The position numbers and the translations under genes were made by a program. DNA of 63,643 nucleotides, counting the filler, from Bigelowiella natans CCMP2755 (lineage: Eukaryota; Protista; Cercozoa), in NCBI GenBank assembly GCA_000320545.1. It is 4 parts of 4 records of this genome, joined end to end, with 100 filler letters (N's around TTAATTAATTAA, not from the genome) between each part and the next. Parts side by side here need not be neighbours in the genome. Positions count along the whole stretch, not along the records: positions 1 to 30,617 come from ADNK01002487.1; 3 more parts are not named here. One strand, given 5' to 3'. The notes beneath the pieces were generated by a model. The model searched no databases. It had not been told where the DNA came from and was given only the letters and a program-made list of their open reading frames with translations. Each line of letters starts with the position of its first letter. Positions within the stretch are counted from its first letter, which is position 1. Shown one piece after another: positions 13,814 to 27,795 of this stretch.

Positions 13814-15022
13814 TCATGCTACAAGCCGTGTTGCCTGATAGATTTCAATCTCGCTAACCTTGAAATTTCGGCTTCCTGCGAAATAAGCCTGCCCGCATTC
13901 TGGAGGCGCCTCAAAATTATGGCTCCCGGTTAAATTGGAATAGCTATTAGTATTTGTGTTACAATCGCTAGCAATGTGTAAGTCATGGCCTCCTCCGAAA
14001 GTTGGTCCATACCCTGAGTGACAGTAGATGTGATTGTTGTTGTAGCTTCTCAACTTTATGAGATGTGGCTTCGTGCCCTTAGTGTTACGACGAATAGAGA
14101 ATAACAAGCTTTGGGGTGCAGCGCAATAGGATCCAGTACTGATGGTAATAGAAAAACATTGTAAGTTAGTTGTCCGTTTGTTTGTGCTACAGTTTCAAAC
14201 CTGTTCCACAGAAGGGAATTGAAGCCGCCAAAGATAAAGCCGTCGATGGTAAAGCCAGTCTTCTTTTCTTCTCCTACGCTCACAAGCATGAGCGTGGGAC
14301 CCTTGTTGTCACATTTCGAGTGGAAATTTGCGACTGAAAATCCATCACGCGAGCCCTTGTACAGGAGATCCCCCACCTTGAACCAAGATTCTAAGTATTT
14401 CCTACATATATTAAACAAGATCTTATCATTTCTGTGTCGTATCACGCGTACAAGCAACATAGCATTTTTACCGTTCGTCCTTGGTTACTCTAATAGACCC
14501 CTGCGGGTGAAAAATATTGCCGTTTGGGTGTTGCAAACCCAGATATCCGAAGTACTTTCCCAGTATAGTAGGTGTGATCGATTCGAGGCATTTCGCATCA
14601 TCCCATCTAAGATACTCAATGATATCGCGCATCACTCTTGGATCGAGATCGAGTTGCGGAATTTCATCTCCTCCCTCTTTCTTTGCTGCGGATATGACGG
14701 TCTGGATTAAAGGGCTTTTAGCCCAGATAGACATCCGTGTTGCAATGATTTCCCCGCCAATCTCAACCTTTTCCAGTGAATTCATTGATTCATCTAGCGA
14801 GTCAAGCCCAAGTTTCTTCACCAAGTCTTCGAGTCCTTTCCGAGCTTCCACAAATTTAGACACCTCCTTCTCAATTGCTATTTTATGCGCTTTGAGGGAC
14901 TTCTCAAAGGCCTTCGAGGCGTTGCGAAGAGTCTCCGTTGCAGTGTAGACGGATTTCGGATCGATTGGTGAGTGCGAATGTTCATCCTTCACTTCAGCTT
15001 TTTCTTCACCGGTGCCGGACAT
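13814..15022 (-). CDS. BTB(T1/KCTD-like)-TLDc domain protein, copy A (3 exons)
   Basis: VEIGGEIIATRMS...DLDPRVMRDIIEYLR (T1-like BTB); LLYKGSRDGFS..FHSKCDNKGPTL, GFIFGGF, YGPTFGGGHDLHI, FKVSEIEIY (TLDc); two GT-AG introns. Confidence 0.88.
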
Positions 15023-15341
15023 CTGCTTTTACCAAGAAGAAGAGGAATATAGGGCACGAAATCCACGCACAGGGTCGGGTATGATATCGATTATGTCGCT
15101 GTTTCCAACACGGCATCTCTAGACCCATAAAATGCTAAAATACCCTGTTTTCCATTCCCTGCGACAACTGTATTTTGCCGTCGTTGTTCTCAATGAAGAG
15201 GGGACCTCGAAGGATTCTCATCCGACGAGATCGAAGATTGATGTCGCAGGGCAAAAATTCCCTCGGTTTTACGTACGGATGGGAACTGAACGAACAAGCT
15301 TTGATTTGAAATTTATTCGTAAGTTCTGCTCGCCGCTTGGC

Positions 15342-15693
15342 ATGAGGGCTTTGAGGCTGAAGTTCCGCAATCGGCCCCCTGCCCTGGCCGCCCTGGTCAG
15401 AAGAACCAACAATCGCGCCTTCTCGGGGACGACAACAGAAAAAGTACAGAGGAGGGCGGACTTCAAAGAATTATGCGCGGAAGATCTCAGTTTTTTTCAG
15501 GTCATCTCCCCCGTCGTAGTGGGAGAAATGAGGCCTTGTATTCAGAGTTGCTCTTCCCATGTTAGGAAGTCATCGGACAGTCGAACGTTATCACAGATGC
15601 ATCAGAGCTAGAACCGATGAATAAGGTCTTCTCAATGAAACTCAATTTTGAAGATCGACAACGACATGATATATGCTCTCGCTTACTTGCTCT

Positions 15694-15732
<39 letters not shown>

Positions 15733-16093
15733 CAATGAATCTCAGGACTGGATGCACCATTATGAAGGACAATCAAAGATTGCACTTTGCCCAGAGACCA
15801 CCGAGCAACTCTCGGAAGTGATGCGGTAGTAGTAGCAGTAGTAGTAGTAGTAGTAGTAGTAGCGGCGACGTATCTCACCTGCAAACACAACACATCGGAG
15901 TTTTGTCCGAGCTAAAGCGCGAAACATGCGGTTGCAGGAGAGGGGGAAGTTAACCCAACATGACACAGGTATTGCAACTTGCACAAGATCGCAATGGTCC
16001 CCCAGGGCGGAAATACGGGCCTCGTCGGCGGCAGTACCCCGGTGTTTGACGAGGTGATCGTGAGCACGAAGAAGATGAACAAGGTGAAGAAGC

Positions 16094-16138
<45 letters not shown>

Positions 16139-16982
16139 TTTGTCTTCGGCAACTGTTTCCTGTCGTTTCGGCTCATCGCCTACTGCCATAATCTGTCTCT
16201 TTCAATGGAATACACCAGATCCAAGATTTTGACGACTTGATGGGGATACTAATCTGCGACGCGGGGTGCGTGCTGCAGTCCCTTGACGAATATCTTCGCG
16301 AAAGAGGGTTCTTGATGCCGCTCGACCTTGGAGCAAAGGGGAGCTGCCATATTGGAGGGAATGTTGCTACGAATGCCGGTGGCGTTAGGTTGGTATATGA
16401 TATTAGTAACATATAATATGTGCATGTGTTTGTGTATGTGTGTGTGTGTGTATGTGTGTGTGCGCGCGCGCGCGCGTAAAATCTGTACTCTTCGTTAGAT
16501 ATGTGCGTTACGGGTCGTTGCGAGGGAACATCTTGGGCATGGAAGCGGTGTTACCTGACGGCACTATCCTCGACAACCTTTCGAGTAGGAATAGACAGAA
16601 ATTTTCATATGGCAATAACTATGACAACAACTCCAACAAAGCATAGAGCACTAGACTCGTTTCTGCATCGATTCAATGATGACCTGTGCGTGTGTTCGTA
16701 TTTGCAAAGCTCTTAGGAAAGATAATACCGGATATGACGTCAAGCAGGTCAGCTTCCTCTTCTTCTTCTTCCTCCCCACGTCGTCTTTATCATCGAGTCT
16801 CTCCCCTCCCCCCCCCCTCAGTTGCTGATAGGCTCCGAGGGTACCCTGGGTATCATAACAAAGCTAGCAATACTAACGCCACGGTAAGTGGAAGAAGATG
16901 ATATCAAATGATACTGCATACACACTTCCAGCAACGACGGCAAACATGACCTTTGAAAGTACTCAACAATTATGCGGTTTCT

Positions 16983-17024
<42 letters not shown>

Positions 17025-17061
17025 TGTGCGTGTTTGCCTGTGTGTTGCGTTGTGTGTTGCG

Positions 17062-17108
<47 letters not shown>

Positions 17109-17906
17109 GTTTTGTGTTTTGTGTGTGTGTGACGCTGAAATCCAAACGCCAAAGCCTGGCAACGTCCACGAACGTCGCGCTTCTCGGTCTGAAGTCGTTT
17201 GAGGACGTCCTGCTCGTCCTCGGGAGAGTTCGTTCCAGTCTCGTCGATATTCTCTCCGCGGTGGAGTTCTTGGATCGAGCTTCCATGAAGCTATCGCTCA
17301 CGTAGTAGCGGCTGTCGTTGTAGTAGTTGTGGTGGTGGTAGTGGTGGTGGAAGAAGTAGCGCTTGTCAAACGTTTTTTACTCATATCCTGATATTATCGA
17401 GGAAAACGAAAGGCAAGGAAGTGAGAGAGGCTTGGGGGGGGGGGGAGGAGAAGAAGAAGAAGAAGCGGCCATCGAGATCCAACTCGAATGAGATGATGAA
17501 AGGGCGTATGCAACGTGTGAAAGGGAGAGGCGCGTGCATTGTTCGTATGGGTGCGCACTTCGTGTGCGATGCTATTTGCAGCACCAATTCTACGTGTCTG
17601 TTTTGTAAATCAGATATCTCGATAGCGTGCAGAAGCCCTTACCACAGGCAACTAAACAACAATAATAATAATAAAACGACAATGAAATGACACATAAAAT
17701 GGCCGCGTTTCTGCTTAATCGGAAAGCAGATACTGCGTGCACCAGCGCATCATTCTTGTCGTTGCCGTTTTGTAGGAATGGCCATTTTACATGCTCGTCG
17801 AGACGTCGGGCTCCAACGCACAGCATGATAGGGAGAAGCTCGATGCATTTCTCTTCGCAGCTATGGAAGAAGGGAGCGTGGCCGGTGAGTAGAAATAGAT
17901 GTGTAC

Positions 17907-17938
<32 letters not shown>

Positions 17939-18739
17939 ATGCTGCAGGTCTGCCCGTGCTTTTGTTGGTTGCTGGTGGTATTGTTACTTTCTTTCATTCC
18001 AAAAGACGGTGTCCTTGCACAAGATGAGAAGCAAAAGCAGAATCTATGGAGGTAGTACTAGCAGCAGCAGCAGTAGTAGTAGTAGCTTGTGACTGCGCAC
18101 GGCATGCATCCAGTAGGGGAGGGGAGGAGGGGGGGGGGATGGAAGGAGTAAATGCGCGTCCGTGCGTGCGTGAATATGAACGTGTTGTGTGTTTGTCGCA
18201 AAACGTATAAAAATTGCTGGCGTTTGTGTCTTCTTATCATCGGTGGTGTAGGCTGCGAGAGGGCGTGGCTGAGTCCCTGAGCAAGCACGGATACACGTAT
18301 AAATACGACGTTTCTGTGCCCTGCAAGGAAATGTATACGGTAAGGAGATGCTGATTGTGTGTAGATGGTCAGCAGAAGTAGTAGTGGTAGTGGTAGTAGT
18401 AGTAGCAGGGGAGGGATGAGCGTCCGCCCCCCGCCCCCCCTCCCCCCTCCCTCCCCGCGCGCGCGCTACTTCCGATTGATTCCCGTGGTCGTCGTCATGA
18501 ATAATGCATGCTGCGTAAGTTGGTGGAGTCGATGCGTGAACGCTTGGACGCCGACGCGACGTTCGAGCCCGGCAACAAGGATCTGACGAATGTCGTTGGG
18601 TGAGTGCATGCTCCGTGTAGAAATAATGACCGCATAGTGATGATGGTAGTAGTAGTAGTAGTAGTAGTAGTAGTAATAATAACAAAGCGCAGGAGGTGCG
18701 TGGTAATGCTCATTGGTGTGTGTCTCCCTCCCTCTCCCT

Positions 18740-18834
<95 letters not shown>

Positions 18835-19200
18835 AATGTTTGTTTGTTTCCATGCCTTCTCCTTCTACTACTACTACTACTACTACTACTGCTGCTGCTG
18901 CTACTGCTACTGCTACTTCTACTTCTACTTCAATTCCCCCCTCACCACCTCCCTTAGATATGGCCACCTAGGGGACGGGAACTTGCACCTGAACGTTACG
19001 ACGCGGGAATTCGATCCAGATGTCTTCTCACAGATTGAGGTAGCATCCGCCACCGCGGGCGCGGCTGATATATGGTCGCTTTATGAGTCTTTTGTGTTTT
19101 TATTTTTCATCGATCGAACAGCCGTAGACCCACGGTCTTCTTCATCATCCTCTTCCTCTTTCTTCTTCTTCTTTTTCGGTCAACCAAGCGTTCACTTTGG

Positions 19201-19240
<40 letters not shown>

Positions 19241-19406
19241 CTGCTGCTGCTGCTGCTGTGTTCTATCCCACACCATTCCTTGCCTGCAGCCATACATCTT
19301 CGAGCGCGTTTCTAGCATGAAGGGTAGCATCAGCGCCGAGCATGGCGTAGGTACACTGTTCAACATGCCAAAGATTCTTCCTCGATCCCCGCCTCCCCCC
19401 CTTGTC

Positions 19407-19458
<52 letters not shown>

Positions 19459-19823
19459 CCTCCCCGTGCAAATATATACGTCCGTATGTGTTCTGCGATA
19501 AGGAGTACAAATCCCGCTGCGGGCATATGCAAACACACAGAGAGATGCGTCGCTACACTGCAGCAGAGCCAACGACAACGACGACATCATCCGAAAGAGA
19601 GAGTAAAAATGGACAAAGTCGCTCGCGCTCACGGCATTTCCACCTTCACGCCCACTAACGGTGATTTGTTTGTTATGGCCATCACGCATATGCAGGCCGT
19701 GCGAAGGCGGAATATCTCCACATGTCAAAGTCCGAGAACACCGTACAGCTCATGAGGGCGATGAAGCAGCTGCTTGACCCGAATGGGGTCATGAACCCAT
19801 ACAAGATGTTCCCGGCAGATTAG
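15342..19823 (+). CDS. D2HGDH: D-2-hydroxyglutarate dehydrogenase (FAD-linked oxidase), mitochondrial-type leader, many exons
   Basis: [93 protein letters not shown]; Arg-rich N-terminus [13 protein letters not shown]. Confidence 0.95.
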
Positions 19824-20310
19824 ATGTTTGACTAAGCAATATGCGGTCAACTGTCGCTTGTTGCAAGATTAATTATTATAAAAGCTATGAAGCGATGCTG
19901 CGCAATGTTAAGTGTGCACCTCTGCTCATCGGTCAACGCCTAATGCTGCATGTGGCACTGTGTGCGTTGGACTCCGGCATCATGCACGCAATGCTGCATT
20001 GCCTGATGCAGTATAGCGGTGAGCACCACGTACATGCTCAGTAGCACAGCTGGCAGCTACTAACGGCTTTCGCATTGCATCATGATTGTATGATGCCAAA
20101 AGCAGCGGGCCTAGCTTGTCGTTGTACGTGAACTGCGAATCATATTGTATTACAGCATTGCTTTTGGCTCAGCAATGCGCAAGGCCTATATGCCAGCCAT
20201 GTAATATGGTGATGACCAGTCGATGACATCACCTAATCACAAGTCTTGCATTTTACATTTTTATTACACACTCAAACACACACATACACATACACATACA
20301 CATACAGAGA

Positions 20311-20341
<31 letters not shown>

Positions 20342-20545
20342 GTCGTTCAGCACAATCCCCTCTCCATCTTCGTTTTGCCACACCAGCACTACTTGTTGGC
20401 TGACACAATGATATTCGTGATAGAAGAAAGACATCCTGATGTACCAAGCGAGCAGATAGAGTCACTGCTGTCGTACACAAACCATGCTTTGTTGCCTAGT
20501 GCATCTATTTTACATTCTGGTTGTTGGCGTCTTCACAAACACACA

Positions 20546-20576
<31 letters not shown>

Positions 20577-20638
20577 TGCTCTTGCATTGCTACAACGGCT
20601 TTACTCAAGCTGCCTCTGTTGCTCAATCGAATCGAGCT

Positions 20639-22971
20639 CTACTTCGGTAACGCCGCCCTCTCCCCGAATTGAAGCTTGATCCGGCGGGCCGTAGATCGAG
20701 GCGACAGCGACGAACGCGGGCTCCCCGTCTTGCCCGACCGCTGGAAGTTACCGCCGCTTCCAAGGGTCGATTTGGGGGCCATCGCGCCGACGAGACGCAA
20801 CGGCAGCTTTGACACGCCAGGTTTGACATAAACTCCGCTCGTCCCAGCCGCTGGCTTCTGGGTTCTTTTGATCGGCGAAATAGAGCGAGCCCTGAGATTC
20901 GATGTACTCCGGGAGCTGCTGCTGTTGCTGCTGCGGCTGCTGCGGGTGCCGCGGGAGCCGCGGCTGCTGGTCATCGGCACTCCTCTGCGTGGCCTTGCGC
21001 TGGGAGAAACACTTCGTGCTACTGGTTTTACACTGCCCCTGATGAGCCCGCTGTGAGAGGGTTGCCGCAGGCTCTACGCACAAATGCCGATAGGTATATC
21101 GACTAGAGTGAGTACGCGCGCGTCCGTGCGTGTGCATGTGCGTGTGCGTGTGCGTGTCGTACAAAAATGTATCTTTGACAATACGTGATTAGAAAAACAG
21201 CGACTACTCCACAAAAGGCTCACAATGAACGAGGAGAAGGGCATTGTGTCCCTTTTCCACGAAAAACGCAAGGAACACACGTTCAATCTCACCTGTCGGC
21301 CTTTGCTCGCACTTCGGCCTTTGCTCGCCCTGCGAGCGGACATCGGTTGTCGGAGTGGCGAAATGCGTTTGCGAGATTTCTTCCTGTTTTTGAGTAAGGT
21401 AGAGCGTGAAGGGGGGAAGGAGAAAGGGTGGGGCAGCGAGTGGGTATGGCAAACTATAAGGCAAGCCTTTCTACTTCTGAATAAGCCTTTCGTTTCACGA
21501 ATCCAGCACTAGAGTTAAGATTCACCTGCCAAATGCCGCCCCATTCTTTCTTTCCCTCCCCCCATCGTCCTCCTCCTCTCCCAGCATCCCAAATGAGAGA
21601 GGGTTGAAAGATGGTGCAGACTGCGTGAGCACGTTGAAGTCGTTCTTTCCTCCGACGCGCTTCTGGCTTCTAATATCAGGGAGGCTACTCCGCGTCAGTA
21701 TTGAAGAAGGCGATCTTCGCGGGAAAGAAACTCCAGCTGCTTTCTTCTCTACTTTCTCCTTCCGACGAGCTGCGTCACCCTTCTCCTTAAGGAGGCTTTC
21801 TGGAATATTCGGGAGGCAGGGGGGGGGGGGCGGGGGTGAGAAGAGAAATTCTATCCAGGCGCGCGTTTTTGTTGGCAATATTCCATACGCGCGCAGGGAA
21901 TTGTTAGATGTTGACCACGGCCACCGCTGGTGCGGATATCATGCAGTAGACTCTTGCGCCGCTCGAAGCAATTGCTGGGCTTCACGTTCCTGCTCTTCAG
22001 GTTTGCGGAAGGGCCTGGTGATGATGGTTGATTCATGATGATCAAAATGATGAGGATGCTGCAGTTGAAGATGATAGAGGAGAGAGAGAAAGAGAGGAGG
22101 GAGGAGGGGGGGGGGGGGGAGGTGGAGAGAGACCTTTTCGGATATCACTAAAGAGCATTTTCTTCGGCGTGTAGCAGTTGGATGGTGTACCGCTGCTCCT
22201 GTTCATAAAACTGTCCCCTGCAAACCACATCATTGTTTCAGTGAGCTGGCCTCGAATCATTGCAATGATACAAGCAACACTGCGAAAATGAAATGTATCG
22301 GTGGAAGCTTGCCGCAGTTGGAGCGCCTACCTGATGTTCTTAACATGGACAACCGCGCCATCTTACCCAGGACCGTGCTGCGCTCGGTTATTGAGAAGTG
22401 CGGCTCCTGAGCATTTTTTTTGGGGAGAAGATGGATTACTTTCCGACCACAAGTGATCGATCTGATGATGACGGTGACGATGACGATGACCGACGATGAA
22501 TGACACAGTACAACACCACATAGAGACACTCACATCGCTCCTTCGTAGCTGGAATGCCCCGCCGTTGATATCGCCCAACACGGACTGCCTTCGTCCAACG
22601 TCCTCTCCGCCATTCGATAGAAGCTGCATGAAGCGGGTGATGAAGTGCTCGAGGTGCTTCCCGTCCTCCCCCCCCTCCTCCGCGGCCTCTCTCGCTTCCG
22701 CTGCTTCCGCTTGTAGGTTGATGGCAACGTCGAGGACGGACTCCTCGTCAGTGTCAAGCAAATCGTCGCTCGCACCGCACCTGAAAAGCTTTGCCAGCAG
22801 CGAGATGCGCTTTAGCAGTTCCTCCGCGGATGCATTACGCCGCACCGCCGCGAAGAAGTCGCCGACTACGTTGAAGATCGGCGAGCGCCCGTCTATGTCC
22901 TGCTCGCAGGAATACGGCACACAACACGCACAACGCACCCACAATCTTATATACTTCCACATGTTTGTGGA

Positions 22972-23008
<37 letters not shown>

Positions 23009-23049
23009 TGCTCGTGTCATGTATCCATATGGACATATACATATTACAC

Positions 23050-23090
<41 letters not shown>

Positions 23091-23327
23091 TATGTGGTTC
23101 TTGGCGACCTGAACGTTCGGATCTACTTCCTTTTCCAACAGCCTCTGGGCAATGCCAACCATTCCATACTTGCAAGCGATGTGCAGCATAGTCTCCCCAG
23201 TCTCAGGGATTACGGCGCTGTTAGTGCCAAGGCAACCCAGCGGGAATACAAGAACGGGTAGTTTCTTAGATCAGGAAATTTTGGCCAAGAAATAAAGATG
23301 ATAGCAATAAAAACAATGATGCACACT

Positions 23328-23371
<44 letters not shown>

Positions 23372-23601
23372 TACATATATTTGTGTAGACGCGAAACCTG
23401 TTGAACTCGTGTGACTTTCCCTTCCAAATGCCGTCTAATATCAGATTCCGTGTGCGCACTCCGAGATCCGCTGAAGTAGCTCTCCGGAATATGGGGAATA
23501 GAATCTGCGCCACGTATCCATATCGCTCGCTCGCCGACGTCGCCCGAGCTACCAACCGTAAAATTAAAACGACAGTTAAGACCTTGCTCTTACAGGGATA
23601 G

Positions 23602-23654
<53 letters not shown>

Positions 23655-24202
23655 AAAGACGAAAGCGGAAGATGCTAAATTGATACACAGAGAAAAGAGG
23701 GGGGGCGGGGGGGATAAGATAGATGATGGCCAGAATCTACTCGCCTTCCCCTCCTCCCCCTTTCTCCCCTTTCCCACCAATCGAGGGCGAAGAGTCTCGG
23801 TCGGTGGATGATGATGAATACACCATCGTCGTTTGTGCCCGCCGCACCGTGGGCGAGACGGAGCGGCTCTTGCTTTTGCGGTTGTATCGCGCCGCTGTTC
23901 TCTTCGCCGCCAAGCGGATGACTTCGAGCTCCTGCGCCTTGGGCGGGGCCAAGAGGTCCGCGGGCGATGCGGTGGAGATCTGCGCCGCACGTAACTATCA
24001 GAAACGAGAAGGATAACAAACAGCGCTGGCGAAGAGAAAGTACCTCTTTCAAAGGACGCCACTTGCGGCTGCTATTCGTACGCGTCACCTGAGAATATAG
24101 CCGAAACGAAAGGAGGGGGGGGGAGAATCACTCTCCTGAGGTTGTAACGACAAACAAACAAAGGCTTGCCATTCTCGGACAGGGCAATCATCGTCCCTCT
24201 CC

Positions 24203-24252
<50 letters not shown>

Positions 24253-24982
24253 CTCTCCCCGGAGGGACTTGCGGCCTCTCGTTCCCAGCGTACCGTTGTT
24301 CGTAGGAGCAGTCGATGCAGAAAGCATGCGTACATTTCCTCGTCGATCGACTCTAACGATACAAGAAGACAATGATGAAACAACTCTGCTAAGGAGAGAG
24401 GGGAGAGAAGAGAGAGGGGGAGAGAGAGGGAGAGAGAGGAGAGCGAAGACAAAACGATGATGTCCCAAAGAGGACAGCAGCAAAGCAACCGACCCGTCCA
24501 CTTGTCGGCAATCTCAAAAATCGCCATCTTCATATGCAAGTAATCCATGCCTGAGAGCATACCAGAGATCATCAGCGCAAGCAGGCCTCTACCTCTCCCC
24601 CCCAGCTCAGTGATGACAGCGATGCGCAAGTAGCGTTTCTCAATGATGAAAGTGGGGGAGGCAATACACGCCGAGAAGGTTTTGCGGCTGTTTGTTGGCG
24701 AGGCGCTGCGTCGTGACCTTTCCCACAGATGTTTGATGAGCCGCCGCTGCCACCGAACCTCCTGCTTCAACGATAGTCAACAATGACACCACAAAACAAG
24801 CGCAGATAGATAGATGTAAGAACTCGTCAATGAAGCGGTTGGCGGTCAGATTCGTGCTATTATTACTGTGACTTTCTTTCCGTTCCACCGATGCTTTTGC
24901 CCTTTCTGATCGAGATTGTTGAAAGAGGGCATTAATGGCTCTTTCGCTGAGACTGGTTTTTAGTCTCCAACATCATATTTCT

Positions 24983-25019
<37 letters not shown>

Positions 25020-25400
25020 CTCCCTTTTTCCTTTCACATCATTCCTTCGCGCGTGCCATATCGATCCGCTCTACGATAAACAAAATAGCATTCTCTAACC
25101 GCAGTGATGAGTCTTTTCTGCCGCTCTTTGCCTTCCTCTGCTCCCTTTTGGGGACCTTAGATTTATTTAGGTCAATTAGTGGGTGGTGGTTCGACTTAGA
25201 CGGGTAGCTCGGTCTCTGCTTCATCTTACACTCTTCTTTCTCTCTCTCCCTCTTTCTTGTCTTTCGCATATGCGCTTCGCGCTTGTCCCGCCCCGCACTC
25301 CCCCCCCCCACAACCACCACATTTCTAACAATTCGCTCTTCGACCGATATTATATGCTGACGGGTCATATCCTTACGCCAGTCTTGAATCGCCTGTTGTA
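20639..25400 (-). CDS. Large multi-exon ankyrin-repeat protein with Ser/Arg-rich low-complexity tail; 5' end may extend toward ~27400
   Basis: GETMLHIACKYGMVGIAQRLLEKEVDPNVQ|DIDGRSPIF (ankyrin); exon motif AIFEIADKWT|ESIDEEMYACFLHRLL; last exon ends RAALPK*. Confidence 0.6.
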
Positions 25401-26084
25401 GTTTAGAACGAAATGATGATGGTGATGATTATGATGGCTATACATTAATTCGGACAAGTCTATGATAATGTAGATATATCTGCATAAAATCCTGTCCTAC
25501 CCACCCCCCCCCTCCCCCGACACCTGGATATCTGCTTTATATGCAGCCCACTTCGGATCTAACGCCTAAGAAAAAGATGGCGGGCAGATGAGTTTATAAC
25601 GACGAAGAAGAGGATTCCATTAACTCTGCACCTTGGAAAGAATACAATGCACACGCTTGTATGCCCTTTCACTGATGCGATCATCTGCATCCTTCTCATA
25701 TGCGTACCAAAATTGTCGAATCTGACACACGCAAACGGGTGTGATATATTTAGTTTATACGCATTATGTACATATAACATATACATACTCTAAGCTCTAA
25801 GGAGGTTTTAATGGGCTACAGGGAATTGGGGTAACGGATAGACAAGTTGTTTTACTAAATCAAAAAAAGCGTAACTCGGATGTCTACCTGCCCGTTGATG
25901 AGGTGGCTTATGAATAATTCCTTGCGCTTTCGGATATTCTGTCGAGAATACAAGCTGCGGGAATAGGGAGAAGAGACGGCAAAGATCCACATCACCACCA
26001 TTAGTAATCAAACGAGCAGTTTTGAAAAGAAAAAGCGAAAAGGTATTGTTTTGGCGTGCGTGTTTGCATGTGTGCATATATATG

Positions 26085-26126
<42 letters not shown>

Positions 26127-27795
26127 CTCCTTTCTACCTCATGTCGCCTTGGAGCTTGTAATTTTTCCTAAGCTTGCTCTTGCTGCCCTCCTGTTCGTGC
26201 TGGAAGAGGAGATCACTTCCCTACATATGTGGGAGAGCAGAAGATGGAGAGCTCAGAACATGCCACCAGAAAGATACTAATCCAGAACACTTTGTTGCAC
26301 GCAAAGCAGAGAAAATGATGGTGGATACCTTGGCTTCTTTCAGGTCATGGGCAGTAGTAACCTGTTAGTTTCAACGCAACGAGATGAAGTCAGTTGTCAC
26401 CAGGGCATTCTCCCAGCATCATGGTGGCAAAATCTAGGGCCAAAAAGAACGCTATTTTGTGATAAAGGGGTGCTCGAATCAGTTAGTTTCGTACTGCCAC
26501 TTTATCGTTTCTACTCTTCATTATTTTTCATGAATTCTTGCTCATTTCGTATCTTGGGTAAAATTTATCTCTGGCGTCGTCTCAATCAAAATATAGCGCG
26601 TGGCTGTACCTGGTTGGCTCTGCGAACAAACTTAATGTCGTTCTTGCTCGGGAGGTTGAAGCGTCCATTCTTTCTTGCATTAAAATTGGTCTCGTCGCTC
26701 GCAGCCTTAAAAATGAGAATACAATGGTCATTCGAATGCTGTGTCCAATCGAACTAGCTTCCCTAGGGCAGCTTAAGCGAATGGGAAGCAAAAAACACAT
26801 CGGCAGTTACACAATGTAGCAGCCGAATGAATCTTTTCTTTTTATGACAGTCGTACTTTAAAGAGAGATTCATGTCCTCCTGCTTTCGGCGTCTTATCTA
26901 GGATACTATCCGTCGCGGCCCTCCTCATATCCTGCAGCGGCTTGATATCAAGTCGTGCGGCGCTCAGTTCAGGGGGAGAGGAGACAGGGGAAAAGACAAA
27001 GGCTTTCCGGGAGGTATAAGGTAAATCTGTTTCGACTTCTGTCGCACACTCATATTCCCCTCTAATTTCAATATTCGGTAAAGTGCTCTTGCAGAGGAGG
27101 TTATTAGGATGGAACGAGGTGCAATTTATGCTCTATGCGAAATGAATGTTTGAAATAACGCAAAAACCACATGTGTTTCCAGTGTATTTCACGTTTCATT
27201 GCAACAAATAGGGCGGAAATATGAAAGCCATGGTGCGATTTCCGGCGACATCTTCAGGACATGAGCGCTCGGATCGACATTCGGGCTGCACTCGGTTTCC
27301 ACCAGAACGACAAACGATTATTGGATTTCGGTTTGGAAACGCGATGGAAAAAAGGAAGTGAGACCGCTGGATGATGCTCTCACTCGAGGCCGACTGAAAG
27401 ACAAGCGCTCATGATATGTCGCACCGAAGAAATTCCGGCCATTTGTGTGCTAAACGCGAAATCCTTAAGTGCTCCTGTATCGGATTTAACTCCTCTTGGC
27501 ACCACCAGGAAGAGCACACACGGAATGCAAAGAAATCAAGATTGCAAGAAGCCGCACAGGTCATTGGTGGGAGGTAGTAGTGGTGGGGTCTTGACTGGTG
27601 AAGCACAGGCCTTCATCGGCTTCAACGATGAGCAGATGGCGAGAAAATGAAAGCATCCGACAGTTCCTTCATTTTCTGTTCTTAGTGCTAATGTGTTAAT
27701 TAAGTAATAATCATTTGAGCGGTCACTTCGAGATGGATGTAATTGGTTTTTCATTTCTATTCGTGTCCCATTCTTCTTCTTCTTGGTAAAAGCAA

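Noticed and set aside
25500-27700. Separate named gene
   Set aside because: Exon-like minus-strand segments exist but have no recognisable motif; they may be the 5' end of the ankyrin gene
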